Part shown: in pieces, positions 9,080 to 18,838 of the stretch
Numbering within the stretch: position 1 is the stretch's first letter
Layout: each line of letters begins with the position of its first letter
Source of the DNA: an uncultured Collinsella sp.
GTDB taxonomy: Bacteria > Actinomycetota > Coriobacteriia > Coriobacteriales > Coriobacteriaceae
Direction of reading: 5' to 3'
NCBI GenBank assembly: GCA_938023905.1
Contig: CALJCO010000011.1
Location: forward strand, 23,544 to 87,543
Length of the DNA stretch: 64,000 nt
Made by a program: the position numbers and the translations under genes
The notes under the pieces: generated by a model
Database searches by the model: none
Told to the model about the DNA's origin: nothing
What the model saw: the letters and a program-made list of their open reading frames with translations, nothing else

Positions 9080-9922
9080 CTAACCCAGCAGTTGGTCAAG
9101 TGCTACCGCGATACCGTCTTCGTTGTTGTTGGCGGTCACCATCTGGGCCACGGCCTTGACTTCATCGACAGCGTTACCCATGGCGACGCCGGTACCAGCC
9201 CACTCGATCATGGGCTTGTCGTTCTGGCCGTCGCCAAACGAGACGACCTCGCTGGCATCGATGCCGAGCTTGGGCAGGGCACCCTCGAGCGCGCGGGCCT
9301 TGTCGATACCGGGCGCCGTGTACTCAAAGTACCAGTCAGCCGTAAACATGCCCGAAAGCGTCTGCTTAAAGGGCGCATACATCTCCTCGTGATGCGCCTG
9401 CAGGTAGGTCGGATCGCCCGCCGTCAGCAGCTTGTCCACGGGATAAGCATCAGCGACCTCATGCAGGCTCTCCACCTCGCGAATCTTAAGATCGCACGCG
9501 TCGCGCTCATACTTGACGATATTCTTCTGCGAGCCGTCAGGCAGCGTGATCATGCAATGGTACGAGTCCTCGACGTGCAAATCGCGACCAAGCGAAATCA
9601 TAGGGATCACGTCAAAATTACGCAGGTGATCAATCAGGCGATGCAATTCGTCGGCAGGCATAGCCTGATCGAACAGCACCTCGTCGGTCTGGGCATCGAC
9701 CACATGCGCGCCATTAAAGGCAACTAGCAGACCGTCATGGTTTTGAAGGTCGAGCTCCTGCGCCAAGGCGTGCAGCCCCCATGCGGGACGGCCCGAAGCC
9801 AAGATGAGCTTAATGCCCGACTCCTGCGCCGCGAGCAGTTTCTCGCGCGTACGCGGGCTGATCACCTTCTGGTCGTTGGTGAGCGTACCGTCGATATCCA
9901 TTGCGATGGCTTTGATTGCCAT
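9080..9922 (-). CDS. Cof-type HAD-IIB sugar phosphatase
   Basis: ORF 9080..10108. ATG at 9922 (MAIKAIAMDIDGTL...) with GGGAGG RBS. C-terminal GDGQNDKPM motif. Confidence 0.75.
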   Translation of the reverse strand: MAIKAIAMDIDGTLTNDQKVISPRTREKLLAAQESGIKLILASGRPAWGLHALAQELDLQNHDGLLVAFNGAHVVDAQTDEVLFDQAMPADELHRLIDHLRNFDVIPMISLGRDLHVEDSYHCMITLPDGSQKNIVKYERDACDLKIREVESLHEVADAYPVDKLLTAGDPTYLQAHHEEMYAPFKQTLSGMFTADWYFEYTAPGIDKARALEGALPKLGIDASEVVSFGDGQNDKPMIEWAGTGVAMGNAVDEVKAVAQMVTANNNEDGIAVALDQLLG

Positions 9923-10159
9923 ATATGCCTCCCTGTCATTGAGCAACCTTGTCTGAGCCATCATACAGAACACCCACGGCGGCGCTGTTTGCAACGGAAA
10001 AAATGTCATATTGTCCCAAACATGAACGGCGTGCCTTCGACGATTGCGATGCCCGTCGAGGCGCCTCCCGATACATTCCATTCTATCCAGATAGCAAAGG
10101 GCCCGCATCCCAACGGATACGGGCCCTTGTCGGCTATGCGTTAGTTTTCGCAGCGAATC

Positions 10160-11854
10160 CTACTTACGGTGCGCGCGATAGAACTCGATGAGCGCCTGGG
10201 TCGAAGCGTCCTGCTCGGCCTTGGCGGCGTCGTCGTGGAAGGCAGGGGTGATCTGCTTGGCAAGCTGCTTGCCCAGCTCAACGCCCCACTGGTCGTAGGA
10301 GTCGATGCCCCAGACCGTACCCTCGACAAACGTGATGTGCTCGTACAGGGCGATGAGCTCGCCAAGCGCGAACGGGGTCAGCGTGTCGCCAAAGATCGAG
10401 GTCGTCGGACGGTTGCCCTCAAAGCAGCGAGCCGGGACGATCTGCTCGGGCGTGCCCTCGGCGCGCACCTCATCGGCCGTCTTGCCAAAGGCGAGCGCCT
10501 TGGTCTGGGCCAGGAAGTTGCCCAGGAACAGCTCGTGCACGTCCTGGCCGTTGTCGGTTGCAGGGTTGGCGGTGTTGGCGAAGGCGATGAAGTCGGCCGG
10601 AACCACCACGGTGCCCTGGTGCAGCAGCTGGTAGAAGGCATGCTGGCCGTTGGTGCCGGGCTCGCCCCAGAAGATTTCACCGGTGTCGGAGGTCACGGCG
10701 CTGCCGTCCCAGCGGACATGCTTGCCGTTGGACTCCATGGTGAGCTGCTGCAGGTAGGCCGGGAAACGGTGCAGATACTGGCAGTACGGAAGCACGGCGT
10801 GGCTCTTGGAACCGAAGAAGTTGACGTACCAGACGTTGAACAAACCCATCAGCGCGACGGCATTGTTCTCGAGCGGCGTGTTGCAGAAGTACTCGTCGAT
10901 GGCGTGGAAGCCCTCAAGGAACTGCTGGAAACGCTCGGGGCCGAGCACGACGATCAGCGACAGGCCCACGGCGGAGTCGACGGAGTAGCGGCCGCCGACC
11001 CAGTTCCAAAAACCAAAGGCGTTAGCCGGGTCGATACCGAAAGCCTCGACCTTCTCGAGTGCGGTGGAAACGGCGACGAAGTGCTTTGCCACAGCCTCGG
11101 CGTTCTGCTCATCGGAGCCATCGATGGCGCCCTGAGCCTTGAGCTGCTCGAGCATCCAGGTCTTGACCTCGCGGGCGTTGGTGAGGGTCTCGAGCGTGGT
11201 GAAGGTCTTGGAGACGATGATCACGAGCGTGGTCTCGGGATCCAAACCCTTGAGCTTCTCGGCCTGGTCGTTGGGGTCGATGTTGGAGATATAGCGGCAG
11301 TCGATACCGGCGTCGGCATAGGGGCGCAGAGCCTCGTAAGCCATGACCGGGCCCAGATCGGAGCCGCCGATGCCGATGGACACCAGGTGCTCGATCTTCT
11401 TGCCGGTAACGCCCTTCCACTCACCGGAGCGCACGCGCTCGGCGAAAGCATACATGCGATCGAGGACCTCGTGCACGTCGGCGACGACGTCCTGGCCGTC
11501 AACGATGAGCTGGCCTTTCTCGCTCGCCGGACGGCGCAGCGCGGTGTGCAGGACGGCGCGGTCCTCGGTGGTGTTGATGTGCTCGCCGGAGAACATGGCG
11601 TCGCGGCGCTCCTCGAGCTTCACCTCGCGGGCAAGATCGCACAGCAGCTTGACGGTCTCGTCGGTCACCAGGTTCTTGGACAGATCGAAATGCAGGTCAC
11701 CGGCGTCAAAGCTCAGCTTGTTCACGCGCTCGGCATCGGCGGCGAACCAGGCCTTGAGGTCGATACCTTCGGCCTCGAGCTTCTCCTGATGAGCCTCGAG
11801 CGCCTTCCAAGCGGCAGTCGACGTAGCATCGATAGGTGCGGCAACAGTTGCCAT
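10160..11854 (-). CDS. pgi: glucose-6-phosphate isomerase
   Basis: ORF 10160..11881. ATG at 11854 ([22 protein letters not shown]...) with GGAGG RBS. Full-length PGI, about 564 aa. Confidence 0.9.
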   Translation of the reverse strand: MATVAAPIDATSTAAWKALEAHQEKLEAEGIDLKAWFAADAERVNKLSFDAGDLHFDLSKNLVTDETVKLLCDLAREVKLEERRDAMFSGEHINTTEDRAVLHTALRRPASEKGQLIVDGQDVVADVHEVLDRMYAFAERVRSGEWKGVTGKKIEHLVSIGIGGSDLGPVMAYEALRPYADAGIDCRYISNIDPNDQAEKLKGLDPETTLVIIVSKTFTTLETLTNAREVKTWMLEQLKAQGAIDGSDEQNAEAVAKHFVAVSTALEKVEAFGIDPANAFGFWNWVGGRYSVDSAVGLSLIVVLGPERFQQFLEGFHAIDEYFCNTPLENNAVALMGLFNVWYVNFFGSKSHAVLPYCQYLHRFPAYLQQLTMESNGKHVRWDGSAVTSDTGEIFWGEPGTNGQHAFYQLLHQGTVVVPADFIAFANTANPATDNGQDVHELFLGNFLAQTKALAFGKTADEVRAEGTPEQIVPARCFEGNRPTTSIFGDTLTPFALGELIALYEHITFVEGTVWGIDSYDQWGVELGKQLAKQITPAFHDDAAKAEQDASTQALIEFYRAHRK

Positions 11855-12053
11855 AGAGTCCTCCTCAGCATACGAGCGCACGCCTCCATGCGCCCGGACA
11901 TTCAGATGCCACTATTCTAGCGCAGGTCAAGACTATAATCAGCGAGCGTTGCCAATCGGCCCCCAAACGGCAACCGACCAAAAAGGGACAGGTTTAATTT
12001 GGCAGGTCAAACGCTTTACCAATCAAAAATAACCTATCCCTTTATGCCAAATA

Positions 12054-12629
12054 TTAGGCCGCAGCGCAGACGCTACCGAGCAACTCACGCAGAGGAGACC
12101 CGATGCCCTCCAGCAGTTCGGGCGCGATGATGGCAAAAACGGGAACCTCGCCGGCCCCCACGACGGCAGGCACCTTGCCCTCCGAGACGATACATCCATA
12201 AGGGACAAAACCGTCTTCGCCGACATCGAGCGCCGCCATGCGACGGGCGAGCTCGCGCGCAAAGCCGGCAGTATCGGCATCGCCAATCGCCAAGACAAAG
12301 TCCACGCCTTCGTCGGTCGCCAGGGCCACGGCTTCGTCGATCAGCTCGTCTCCTCCGTCGCCTTCAACCGAGCCGCAGCGGAAAAGCACGCGCTCGAGCA
12401 GGGCGCGATCGAGCGAGCCCAGCGCCGCCGAAACGAGCTCATCACGCGTGTGCTTGTCGCCTCCCAGCACGACCAGTGCCTTGGTGCCGCCATAGTGGGC
12501 AACCAATCGCCCGCACCAGCGAGCCACATCCCCATCCGCAACCAAGCGCGTCGGCATACCAAACCCATAGTTGACCATTATCCCCACAACCCTTCCGTGC
12601 TTTATGGTGGTATCAATCGTTAGCCTCAT
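12054..12629 (-). CDS. hypothetical protein; degenerate N-terminal half of an iron-containing alcohol dehydrogenase / DHQ-synthase-like fold (possible gene remnant)
   Basis: 191 aa with GGTKALVVLGG... and VDFVLAIGDADTAGFAR (degenerate GGGS motif). Only half the length of Fe-ADH enzymes. Confidence 0.3.
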   Translation of the reverse strand: MRLTIDTTIKHGRVVGIMVNYGFGMPTRLVADGDVARWCGRLVAHYGGTKALVVLGGDKHTRDELVSAALGSLDRALLERVLFRCGSVEGDGGDELIDEAVALATDEGVDFVLAIGDADTAGFARELARRMAALDVGEDGFVPYGCIVSEGKVPAVVGAGEVPVFAIIAPELLEGIGSPLRELLGSVCAAA

Positions 12630-12756
12630 GCTACGAAGCGAGCTTTTCCGAGCTGTTACGCACTCTTTAGGGCTGCGTTAAAAACCCGATGCAGCCGCAC
12701 GACCATACCTGCCAAAAAGGGGCAGGTTTTGACGGTGTCCGGTCGAGCAGGTATTA

Positions 12757-12772
12757 TCGAACAGGTATTCGA
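12757..12772 (+). promoter_or_regulatory. LexA (SOS/Cheo-type) box TCGAACAGGTATTCGA overlapping the promoter of the Y-family polymerase gene
   Basis: Matches CGAAC-N4-GTTCG at 9/10 positions. Lies 8-17 bp upstream of the candidate start codons. Confidence 0.6.
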
Positions 12773-12779
12773 TAAGAAC

Positions 12780-14306
12780 ATGTGTTTGATGGGAGGACGC
12801 GTGGGGCACGAGCGTCACACCTATATCTGCATCGACCTCAAGACGTTTTACGCTAGCGTCGAGTGCGTTGACCGTGGGCTTAACCCGCTCACCACCAACC
12901 TGGTCGTTGCCGACGAATCGCGCGGGCGCACGACCATCTGTCTCGCTATCACGCAGGCCATGAAAGACCTCGGGATACATAACCGCTGCCGTTTGTTCGA
13001 GATTCCCGACGGCATCGACTACATCAAGGCCGTACCGCGCATGCAGCACTATATGGAGGTGTCGGCGCAAATCTACGGCATCTATCTGGAATACGTGAGT
13101 CCGCAAGACATTCACGTCTACTCAATTGACGAGTGCTTTATCGACGTGACACCCTATCTGGACCTCTATCACACCGATGCGGAAGGCTTCGCCTGCATGT
13201 TGCGCGACGAGGTCCTGGCACGCACCGGCATCACGGCGACGGTCGGCATCGGCCCCAACCTATTCCAGGCCAAGGTTGCACTCGATATCACCGCCAAGCA
13301 CGTGCCCAGTCGCATCGGAAAACTCGACGACGAGACCTTTCGCAAGGAGATCTGGCCCCATCGCCCCATCACCGACATCTGGGGCATCGGCCCCGGCGTG
13401 GCGGCCCGTCTCGAGAAATACGGCGTCTACGATCTGATGGGCGTCGCGGCGCTCGACGAAAACCTGCTTTACGACGAGCTCGGCGTCAATGCCGAGTATC
13501 TCATCGACCACGCCTTTGGGCGCGAGCCGACAACCATCGCCGATATTCAGGCCTATCGCCCGCAGGCAACCTCAACAACCACGGGGCAAGTGCTATCGAA
13601 AGGCTATGCCTACGAGCAGGCCTACACCGTCTTGCGCGAGATGGTCGACAACGCCGTGTTGGACTTAGTCGATAAGCACGTGGTCTGTGACAGCATCTCA
13701 CTCTTCGTAGGTTATGCGAGCGAACGAGCCGACATACGCCGCCTCGACGCCAGCGGCACGGCGCAATATGTAGACGGATGCGGGCATTTGCGTTCGAGCA
13801 CGTCGAGCATAGAACCCGCCGCAACCGCCGGCCCCGAGCTCGCACCCCGTGCGCCCAAGCCCGTCCAACGCGATGACGAACGGCACCGCCTGGTGCGCGA
13901 AGCACAGGCAATCGACGGCATCTTTGTGGGAGAGCACGGCGGCAAACCGCGTGGTGGCTATGCTGCGCTGTTCGCGCATTCCAATGCATCCCGCAAGCTG
14001 CCCGAGCGCACCAATTCGTTTAAGAAGATCATGGGGTATTTCGATGACCTTTGGGCACAAACAGTCGATCCCAAACGACCGGTCAAGCGCATCAACCTTG
14101 GATTTGGCAACCTCATGCCCGAGGAATTTACCACCATCGATCTGTTCAGCGATATCGAGGCCGATGAGCGCGAGCGCGACCTGGCGCGCGCCGTCCTGGC
14201 CGTGAAAGGCAAGTACGGCAAGAACGCGCTCGTCAAGGGATTAAGCTTTACCGCCGGCGCCACCGCGCGCGAACGCAACGACCAAGTTGGAGGACACCGT
14301 GCCTAA
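12780..14306 (+). CDS. Y-family (translesion) DNA polymerase, UvrX/UmuC-like
   Basis: ORF 12729..14306. ...YICIDLKTFYASVECVDRGL... palm-domain motif. Start at ATG 12780 or 12789 (GGGAGG RBS at 12791). About 509 aa. Confidence 0.8.
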   Translation: MCLMGGRVGHERHTYICIDLKTFYASVECVDRGLNPLTTNLVVADESRGRTTICLAITQAMKDLGIHNRCRLFEIPDGIDYIKAVPRMQHYMEVSAQIYGIYLEYVSPQDIHVYSIDECFIDVTPYLDLYHTDAEGFACMLRDEVLARTGITATVGIGPNLFQAKVALDITAKHVPSRIGKLDDETFRKEIWPHRPITDIWGIGPGVAARLEKYGVYDLMGVAALDENLLYDELGVNAEYLIDHAFGREPTTIADIQAYRPQATSTTTGQVLSKGYAYEQAYTVLREMVDNAVLDLVDKHVVCDSISLFVGYASERADIRRLDASGTAQYVDGCGHLRSSTSSIEPAATAGPELAPRAPKPVQRDDERHRLVREAQAIDGIFVGEHGGKPRGGYAALFAHSNASRKLPERTNSFKKIMGYFDDLWAQTVDPKRPVKRINLGFGNLMPEEFTTIDLFSDIEADERERDLARAVLAVKGKYGKNALVKGLSFTAGATARERNDQVGGHRA

Positions 14307-14724
14307 ACCCAAACAACAGCCCGTGCGCCCGCTGACCGCCTTCGAGCGCCTGGCGGACCCCGAGGGAAGACGTCGATCCGCCGACCCCAAGCTCACCGCC
14401 AACGGCGCCGTCCGTGCCGGCCGTGCCGCGCAGTTTATGCCCTTTGCCGCCCTCACGGGATACTACGAACTCGTGCGCAAGCAGGAAATCACCGTCGAGC
14501 CAAAACGTGAGCTCACGGAAGAAAAAGCCCTCGTGCTCTCTAAAAAACTCGAGGGTCTCAAACGTGGCGACTTGGTTCGTGTCACCTATTACGATACATA
14601 CGGCTATCGCAGCCGCACCGGCATCCTCGACGAGGCGCTCCCCGCCTTCAAGCTCCTCAAGCTCCGAGACATCGCCATCGACTTCGACGACATCCAAGAC
14701 ATCGAGCTGCGCGGACGAGCCTAG
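14299..14724 (+). CDS. YolD-like protein (UmuD functional analogue associated with Y-family polymerases)
   Basis: ORF 14287..14724. GTG at 14299 with GGAGGA RBS, overlapping the polymerase stop (translational coupling). ...VRVTYYDTYGYRSRTGIL...IDFDDIQDIEL matches the YolD-like family pattern. Confidence 0.6.
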   Translation: MPKPKQQPVRPLTAFERLADPEGRRRSADPKLTANGAVRAGRAAQFMPFAALTGYYELVRKQEITVEPKRELTEEKALVLSKKLEGLKRGDLVRVTYYDTYGYRSRTGILDEALPAFKLLKLRDIAIDFDDIQDIELRGRA

Positions 14725-14750
14725 CCAAGGAAGCGCACCCAGAGCGACGC

Positions 14751-15134
14751 TTACAGCGTCATGACGTAGTAACCCGCATCTCTCACGGCAGTCTCAAGGA
14801 CACCGCGATTGATCGGCCGCTTGGAGCGCACACGCGCTGTGTGGTCCGCGTACGTTACCGTAGCCCACACACCATCCAGCGCATTGAGGGCATTGGCTAC
14901 ATTCTGAGCGCAGCCTTCACAGCTCATGCCGCCGATGAGCAGCTCATCGCTATAGGGATAGTGTGACGCATCGGTATCCACCACAACAACCTTTTTGGCC
15001 TTCTTGCCGCTCGCACCATCGCTGCAACAACTCTTCCCGTGTGTCGAAGCGGCAATGCGACGCAGTCCAAAAAACATGCCGACGGCAATGACGGCCAGCA
15101 CGATGAGATTCGCAGGGTTGAGCAAGTCACTCAT
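14751..15134 (-). CDS. membrane-anchored heavy-metal-associated (HMA) domain protein (CopZ-like metallochaperone domain)
   Basis: ATG at 15134 (MSDLLNPANLIVLAVIAVGMFF...) with AAAGGGGAG RBS. N-terminal TM helix. GMSCEGCAQNV metal-binding motif. Confidence 0.7.
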   Translation of the reverse strand: MSDLLNPANLIVLAVIAVGMFFGLRRIAASTHGKSCCSDGASGKKAKKVVVVDTDASHYPYSDELLIGGMSCEGCAQNVANALNALDGVWATVTYADHTARVRSKRPINRGVLETAVRDAGYYVMTL

Positions 15135-15163
15135 GCGCTCCCCTTTCAAGTAGCACTATCTAG

Positions 15164-15180
15164 ATACCCCCATGGGGTGT
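15164..15180. promoter_or_regulatory. palindrome ATACCCCCATGGGGTGT (core CCCCATGGGG) in the divergent promoter region of the HMA gene and the Cys-rich/flavodoxin genes; candidate CsoR-type metalloregulator operator
   Basis: 10-bp perfect palindrome embedded in TACCC...GGGTG. Sits 30 bp upstream of the HMA start codon. Confidence 0.3.
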
Positions 15181-15308
15181 CCCCATCTTAACCCAAAATC
15201 ATGTCTGTTCGGTCAATTAGTTTCCCTCTTCAAACTTTTTTGTTGACCATGGCTTACTTTCGTGTATAAGTTTTCCTAGGCTAACAGTTTAGATCCGTAA
15301 GGAGCGCC

Positions 15309-16013
15309 GTGACTCGAACCATAGACATCCCAACGTTTCAGGCGGCAGTCGTGCGCAACTGCTCTCCCACGCTCGCGGGCATCAAGCCGGCATCGCTCTT
15401 TACCTATCCAGGCACCTACGCCCACGGGGACGGCTCGACCACAACCGAAACCATTGCAGAACGCCGAGCACGCCTGCTCAACGTTATCGCCCAGTGCAAT
15501 CGCGAGCTTGACCCGCTCGGCATCCACCTGAGTGTTTTGGTCTGGCGGCCCTGCGGAGCGCTCGTGTACGCGTACCAAGCCAAAAACCTCACCACCTATT
15601 TCGCAGACCCTCGCGTCCAAACGGCGCTCACCTCGGAAGGCTACGACACGAGAGACCTTTCGGCATGCCTTGTGCATTTGGCATCACGCATCACGCTCGC
15701 GAGCAATAACGTCGCGGAATGCGCCTGCAGCCAGACTCGATGCGCACTACCCCAGCAAGCTAGCTGCAGCAAAGACTGCACCTGCGAGTTTCCGCACGAA
15801 ATAGGCTACTTCCTTGGATATCCCTACGACGACGTGCACGAGTTTATCGTCCAGCGCGGCGAGAACTACAAGGTCTTTGGGGCCTGGAAGGTTTACGCAA
15901 ATGTCGAGCAGGCGCTTGCGACGTTTGATGCCTACCGTGCCTGCACCCAATACTTCACTTTTATCTATCAGCAGGGCTGCAGCCTGGCGCAACTTGCCCA
16001 GGCAACCCGATAG
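15309..16013 (+). CDS. uncharacterised Cys-rich protein (DUF3793-like)
   Basis: GTG start with AAGGAG RBS, 234 aa. Cys cluster CACSQTRC...CSKDCTCEF. Immediately upstream of flavodoxin. Confidence 0.45.
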   Translation: MTRTIDIPTFQAAVVRNCSPTLAGIKPASLFTYPGTYAHGDGSTTTETIAERRARLLNVIAQCNRELDPLGIHLSVLVWRPCGALVYAYQAKNLTTYFADPRVQTALTSEGYDTRDLSACLVHLASRITLASNNVAECACSQTRCALPQQASCSKDCTCEFPHEIGYFLGYPYDDVHEFIVQRGENYKVFGAWKVYANVEQALATFDAYRACTQYFTFIYQQGCSLAQLAQATR

Positions 16014-16058
16014 AACGTACAAGCCGCGGCAAGCGCCGCACGACCGAAAGGACAAAAC

Positions 16059-16478
16059 ATGAGCAAGATCGCCGTCGTCTACTGGAGCGGCACGGGCAAT
16101 ACCGAGGCCATGGCAAACCTCGTCGCCGAAAGCGCCACGTCCGCGGGGGCCGAGACTGAGGTCATCCCCTGCGCCGACTTCTCTGCCGACAAGGCCGCCG
16201 AATATGATGCCTTCGCCTTCGGCTGCCCCGCCATGGGCTCCGAGGAGCTTGAGTATGACGAGTTTCAGCCTATGTGGGACGAGGTCAAGGAGACCCTCGG
16301 CGACAAGAAGGTCGTCCTCTTTGGCTCCTATTCGTGGGCCGAGGGCGAGTGGATGGACAACTGGAAGGCCGACGCCGACGAGGCCGGCGTCAACGTCGTG
16401 GACTCCGTCATTTGCTACGATGCGCCCGACGATGAGGGCGAGGCGGCCTGCAAGGCCCTCGGAGCCGAGCTCGCGTAA
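16059..16478 (+). CDS. short-chain flavodoxin
   Basis: MSKIAVVYWSGTGNTEAMA... FMN-binding loop, 139 aa. Confidence 0.9.
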   Translation: MSKIAVVYWSGTGNTEAMANLVAESATSAGAETEVIPCADFSADKAAEYDAFAFGCPAMGSEELEYDEFQPMWDEVKETLGDKKVVLFGSYSWAEGEWMDNWKADADEAGVNVVDSVICYDAPDDEGEAACKALGAELA

Positions 16479-16528
16479 CGAAACCAGGCCTCCAAAAGAG
16501 CCTGTATCACAGCGCATCCCCATCCCTA

Positions 16529-16572
16529 CAAAAGAGCGGGGGCTGGATTCAAGTCCAGCCCCCGCTCTTTTG
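16529..16572. terminator. bidirectional intrinsic terminator (18-bp perfect stem AAAAGAGCGGGGGCTGGA / TCCAGCCCCCGCTCTTTT)
   Basis: Lies between convergent flavodoxin (+) and ABC ATPase (-) genes. A/T runs on both flanks. Confidence 0.8.
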
Positions 16573-16594
16573 TAACGGCAGTTACATCAACCGG

Positions 16595-17347
16595 CTACGA
16601 GATATTTCCCAAGAACGCCTTGGTGCGCTCGCTCTTGGGGTGGTCGAAGACCTCGCTCGGCGTACCCTCTTCCACAATGACGCCGCCGTCCATAAAGACG
16701 ACGCGGTCGGCGACATCGCGGGCAAAGCCCATCTCGTGCGTCACGACGATCATGGTCATGCCGTCGCGTGCCAGGTCGCGCATGACACCCAGGACGTCGC
16801 GCACGAGCTCGGGGTCGAGCGCCGAGGTGGCCTCGTCAAAGAGCATGACGTGCGGGTTCATCGACAGGGCGCGGGCGATGGCAACGCGCTGCTGCTGACC
16901 GCCCGAGAGCTGGCTCGGCATAAAGTCGATACGCTCGGCAAGACCGACCTTGGTCAGCTCCTCGACGGCAATCTTCTCGGCCTCTTCCTTGCTGCGCTTG
17001 AGCACCTTCTGCTGCGCGAGCATGACGTTCTTTTTGACTGAGAGGTGCGGGAACAAATTGAACTGCTGGAACACCATACCCAGATGCGTGCGCACCTTGT
17101 TAAGATCGACGCCCTTGGCGCACACGTCCACACCCTCAACGACAATCGAGCCACTCGTGGGATGCTCAAGACGGTTGATGCAGCGAAGCATCGTCGACTT
17201 ACCCGAGCCCGAGGGACCCAGAACTACGACGACCTCGCCCTTGTGCACATCCAGATCGATATCGCGCAGGACCACGTTATCGCCAAAGGCCTTCTGGAGG
17301 TTCTTGATGCTGACGACGACCTCGTTCGAGTTATTGGTTTCGCTCAT
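16595..17347 (-). CDS. amino-acid ABC transporter ATP-binding protein (PAAT family, GlnQ-like)
   Basis: Walker [18 protein letters not shown] signature, 250 aa. Confidence 0.9.
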   Translation of the reverse strand: MSETNNSNEVVVSIKNLQKAFGDNVVLRDIDLDVHKGEVVVVLGPSGSGKSTMLRCINRLEHPTSGSIVVEGVDVCAKGVDLNKVRTHLGMVFQQFNLFPHLSVKKNVMLAQQKVLKRSKEEAEKIAVEELTKVGLAERIDFMPSQLSGGQQQRVAIARALSMNPHVMLFDEATSALDPELVRDVLGVMRDLARDGMTMIVVTHEMGFARDVADRVVFMDGGVIVEEGTPSEVFDHPKSERTKAFLGNIS

Positions 17348-17359
17348 GATAGGACCTCC

Positions 17360-18646
17360 TTACAGACCGGCGATGTGATCGGCGGGCGTCGCGACGACCT
17401 GTCCGGCGCTCTTGGCGGGACGCTTCTTCTTAGTTTCGGCCGTGCCCAAAAGCCTCGCCTCAAGGCCGCTCACCAAGCGAGCGAGCGGCAGGGTGATGAC
17501 CAGATAGAACAGGGCGGCAACCACGTACGGTGTAATAGAGCCCGTCGTGGCCACGATGGTACGGGCGTTCATGACGATCTCGACCACGCCCACGGCCGCG
17601 AGCAGCGACGTATCCTTGTAAAGCAGGATAAACTCGCTGGTCAGCGTAGGCAGGACATTGCGGAACGTCTGCGGAATCATAACGTAGAGCAGCGTCTGGA
17701 AGGCGTTCATGCCCAGCGAGCGCGCGGCCTCGTTTTGGCCCTTGGGGATCGACTGAATACCGGCGCGGAAGATCTCGCACAGGTAGGCGGACGAGTTCAT
17801 GGCCATGACGATGACGCCCAGCACATAATCGTCAACCTTGACGCCGGCCAGCGGCAGGCCAAAGAACGCGATGTAGATCTGCAGGAACGCCGGCGTACCG
17901 CGGATGATATTCACATAGATGCCGGCAAGGCAACGCAGGATGCGCGACTTGGAGATGCGCATGAGTGACAAGGCAAAGCCAAAGGGAATGGCCAACGGAA
18001 ATGCCACGAGCACGATCGAGAGCGACATGAGGAAGCCTTTGAAGACGATCGGCAGGCTCTGAACCAAAATGACCGGGTTCAGGAACAGGCGAAGGAACAT
18101 GTTGGAATTCCATGCCTCGACCCACGGCTGCTCCTTAAGGTCGGCCAGGAAGTTATCGAAGGCCGTCACGCCCTTGATCTCCACCGACGGAATCTTGGAG
18201 ATCTTCTTGGTCGACCCGTCGGCGAGCGTATAGGTGCCGCTAAAGGCCTCATCGCCGCCCTCGACGGGGAAGGTCACGCCGTAAACCTCGACACGGAAAA
18301 AGCCGCCGGCAGGCGCCGTCTCGCCAAAGTCAATCTTGAGCGTCTGGCCGTCAGCCTTGCACGTGGGTTTCATGGGCGTACGATCCATGAGGTCCTCGCC
18401 CGAGAGCATCGTCAATCGCGTGTCATCGGTACCAAACGTCGTGCCGTCGACAAACGTCAAAGAAAGACCGCTCAGCTCCTCGTCGGCATCGGCCTGAACT
18501 TCCCAGGTAATGCGCGTCTCGGTGCCGCCGACCACATCGCTGCCCGAACCGGTGTTGGGTCGGGCGGTAATCTTTGCGGTCTCAAGCGCCTGGGCGGTCG
18601 TGGGCGCATATGCCCCCGCGCACACCAGCGCGAGCGCCACGGCCAT
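17360..18646 (-). CDS. amino-acid ABC transporter permease (His/Glu/Gln/Arg/opine family) fused to an N-terminal ~190-aa secreted domain of unknown function
   Basis: ORF 17360..18829. Probable start at ATG 18646 (MAVALALVCAGAYAPTTAQA signal) or TTG 18670. C-terminal half has the EAA-loop permease fold. N-terminal half is beta-rich and not SBP-like. Confidence 0.75.
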   Translation of the reverse strand: MAVALALVCAGAYAPTTAQALETAKITARPNTGSGSDVVGGTETRITWEVQADADEELSGLSLTFVDGTTFGTDDTRLTMLSGEDLMDRTPMKPTCKADGQTLKIDFGETAPAGGFFRVEVYGVTFPVEGGDEAFSGTYTLADGSTKKISKIPSVEIKGVTAFDNFLADLKEQPWVEAWNSNMFLRLFLNPVILVQSLPIVFKGFLMSLSIVLVAFPLAIPFGFALSLMRISKSRILRCLAGIYVNIIRGTPAFLQIYIAFFGLPLAGVKVDDYVLGVIVMAMNSSAYLCEIFRAGIQSIPKGQNEAARSLGMNAFQTLLYVMIPQTFRNVLPTLTSEFILLYKDTSLLAAVGVVEIVMNARTIVATTGSITPYVVAALFYLVITLPLARLVSGLEARLLGTAETKKKRPAKSAGQVVATPADHIAGL

Positions 18647-18838
18647 GACGCAGGCTAGCTTTTGGAGCAAGACGGGCAGTGGAAAACGCTGCTCAGCGGC
18701 CCCTTTGTTCAGTCGAGACAAGGTGGCTCCTATCGTAGAAGTTGCCGGCAAAACGAGACGGAAACGCTCTCCGTCAAGAAAAGCGCAAAGGCCCTCTCCG
18801 CAAAACGGAAAGGGCCCGCGCGCAATCAAGTGACTATT

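Noticed and set aside
10169-11920. 583-aa plus-strand ORF antisense to pgi
   Set aside because: Gly/Val/Leu/Asp-rich low-complexity product. The minus strand encodes full-length glucose-6-phosphate isomerase.
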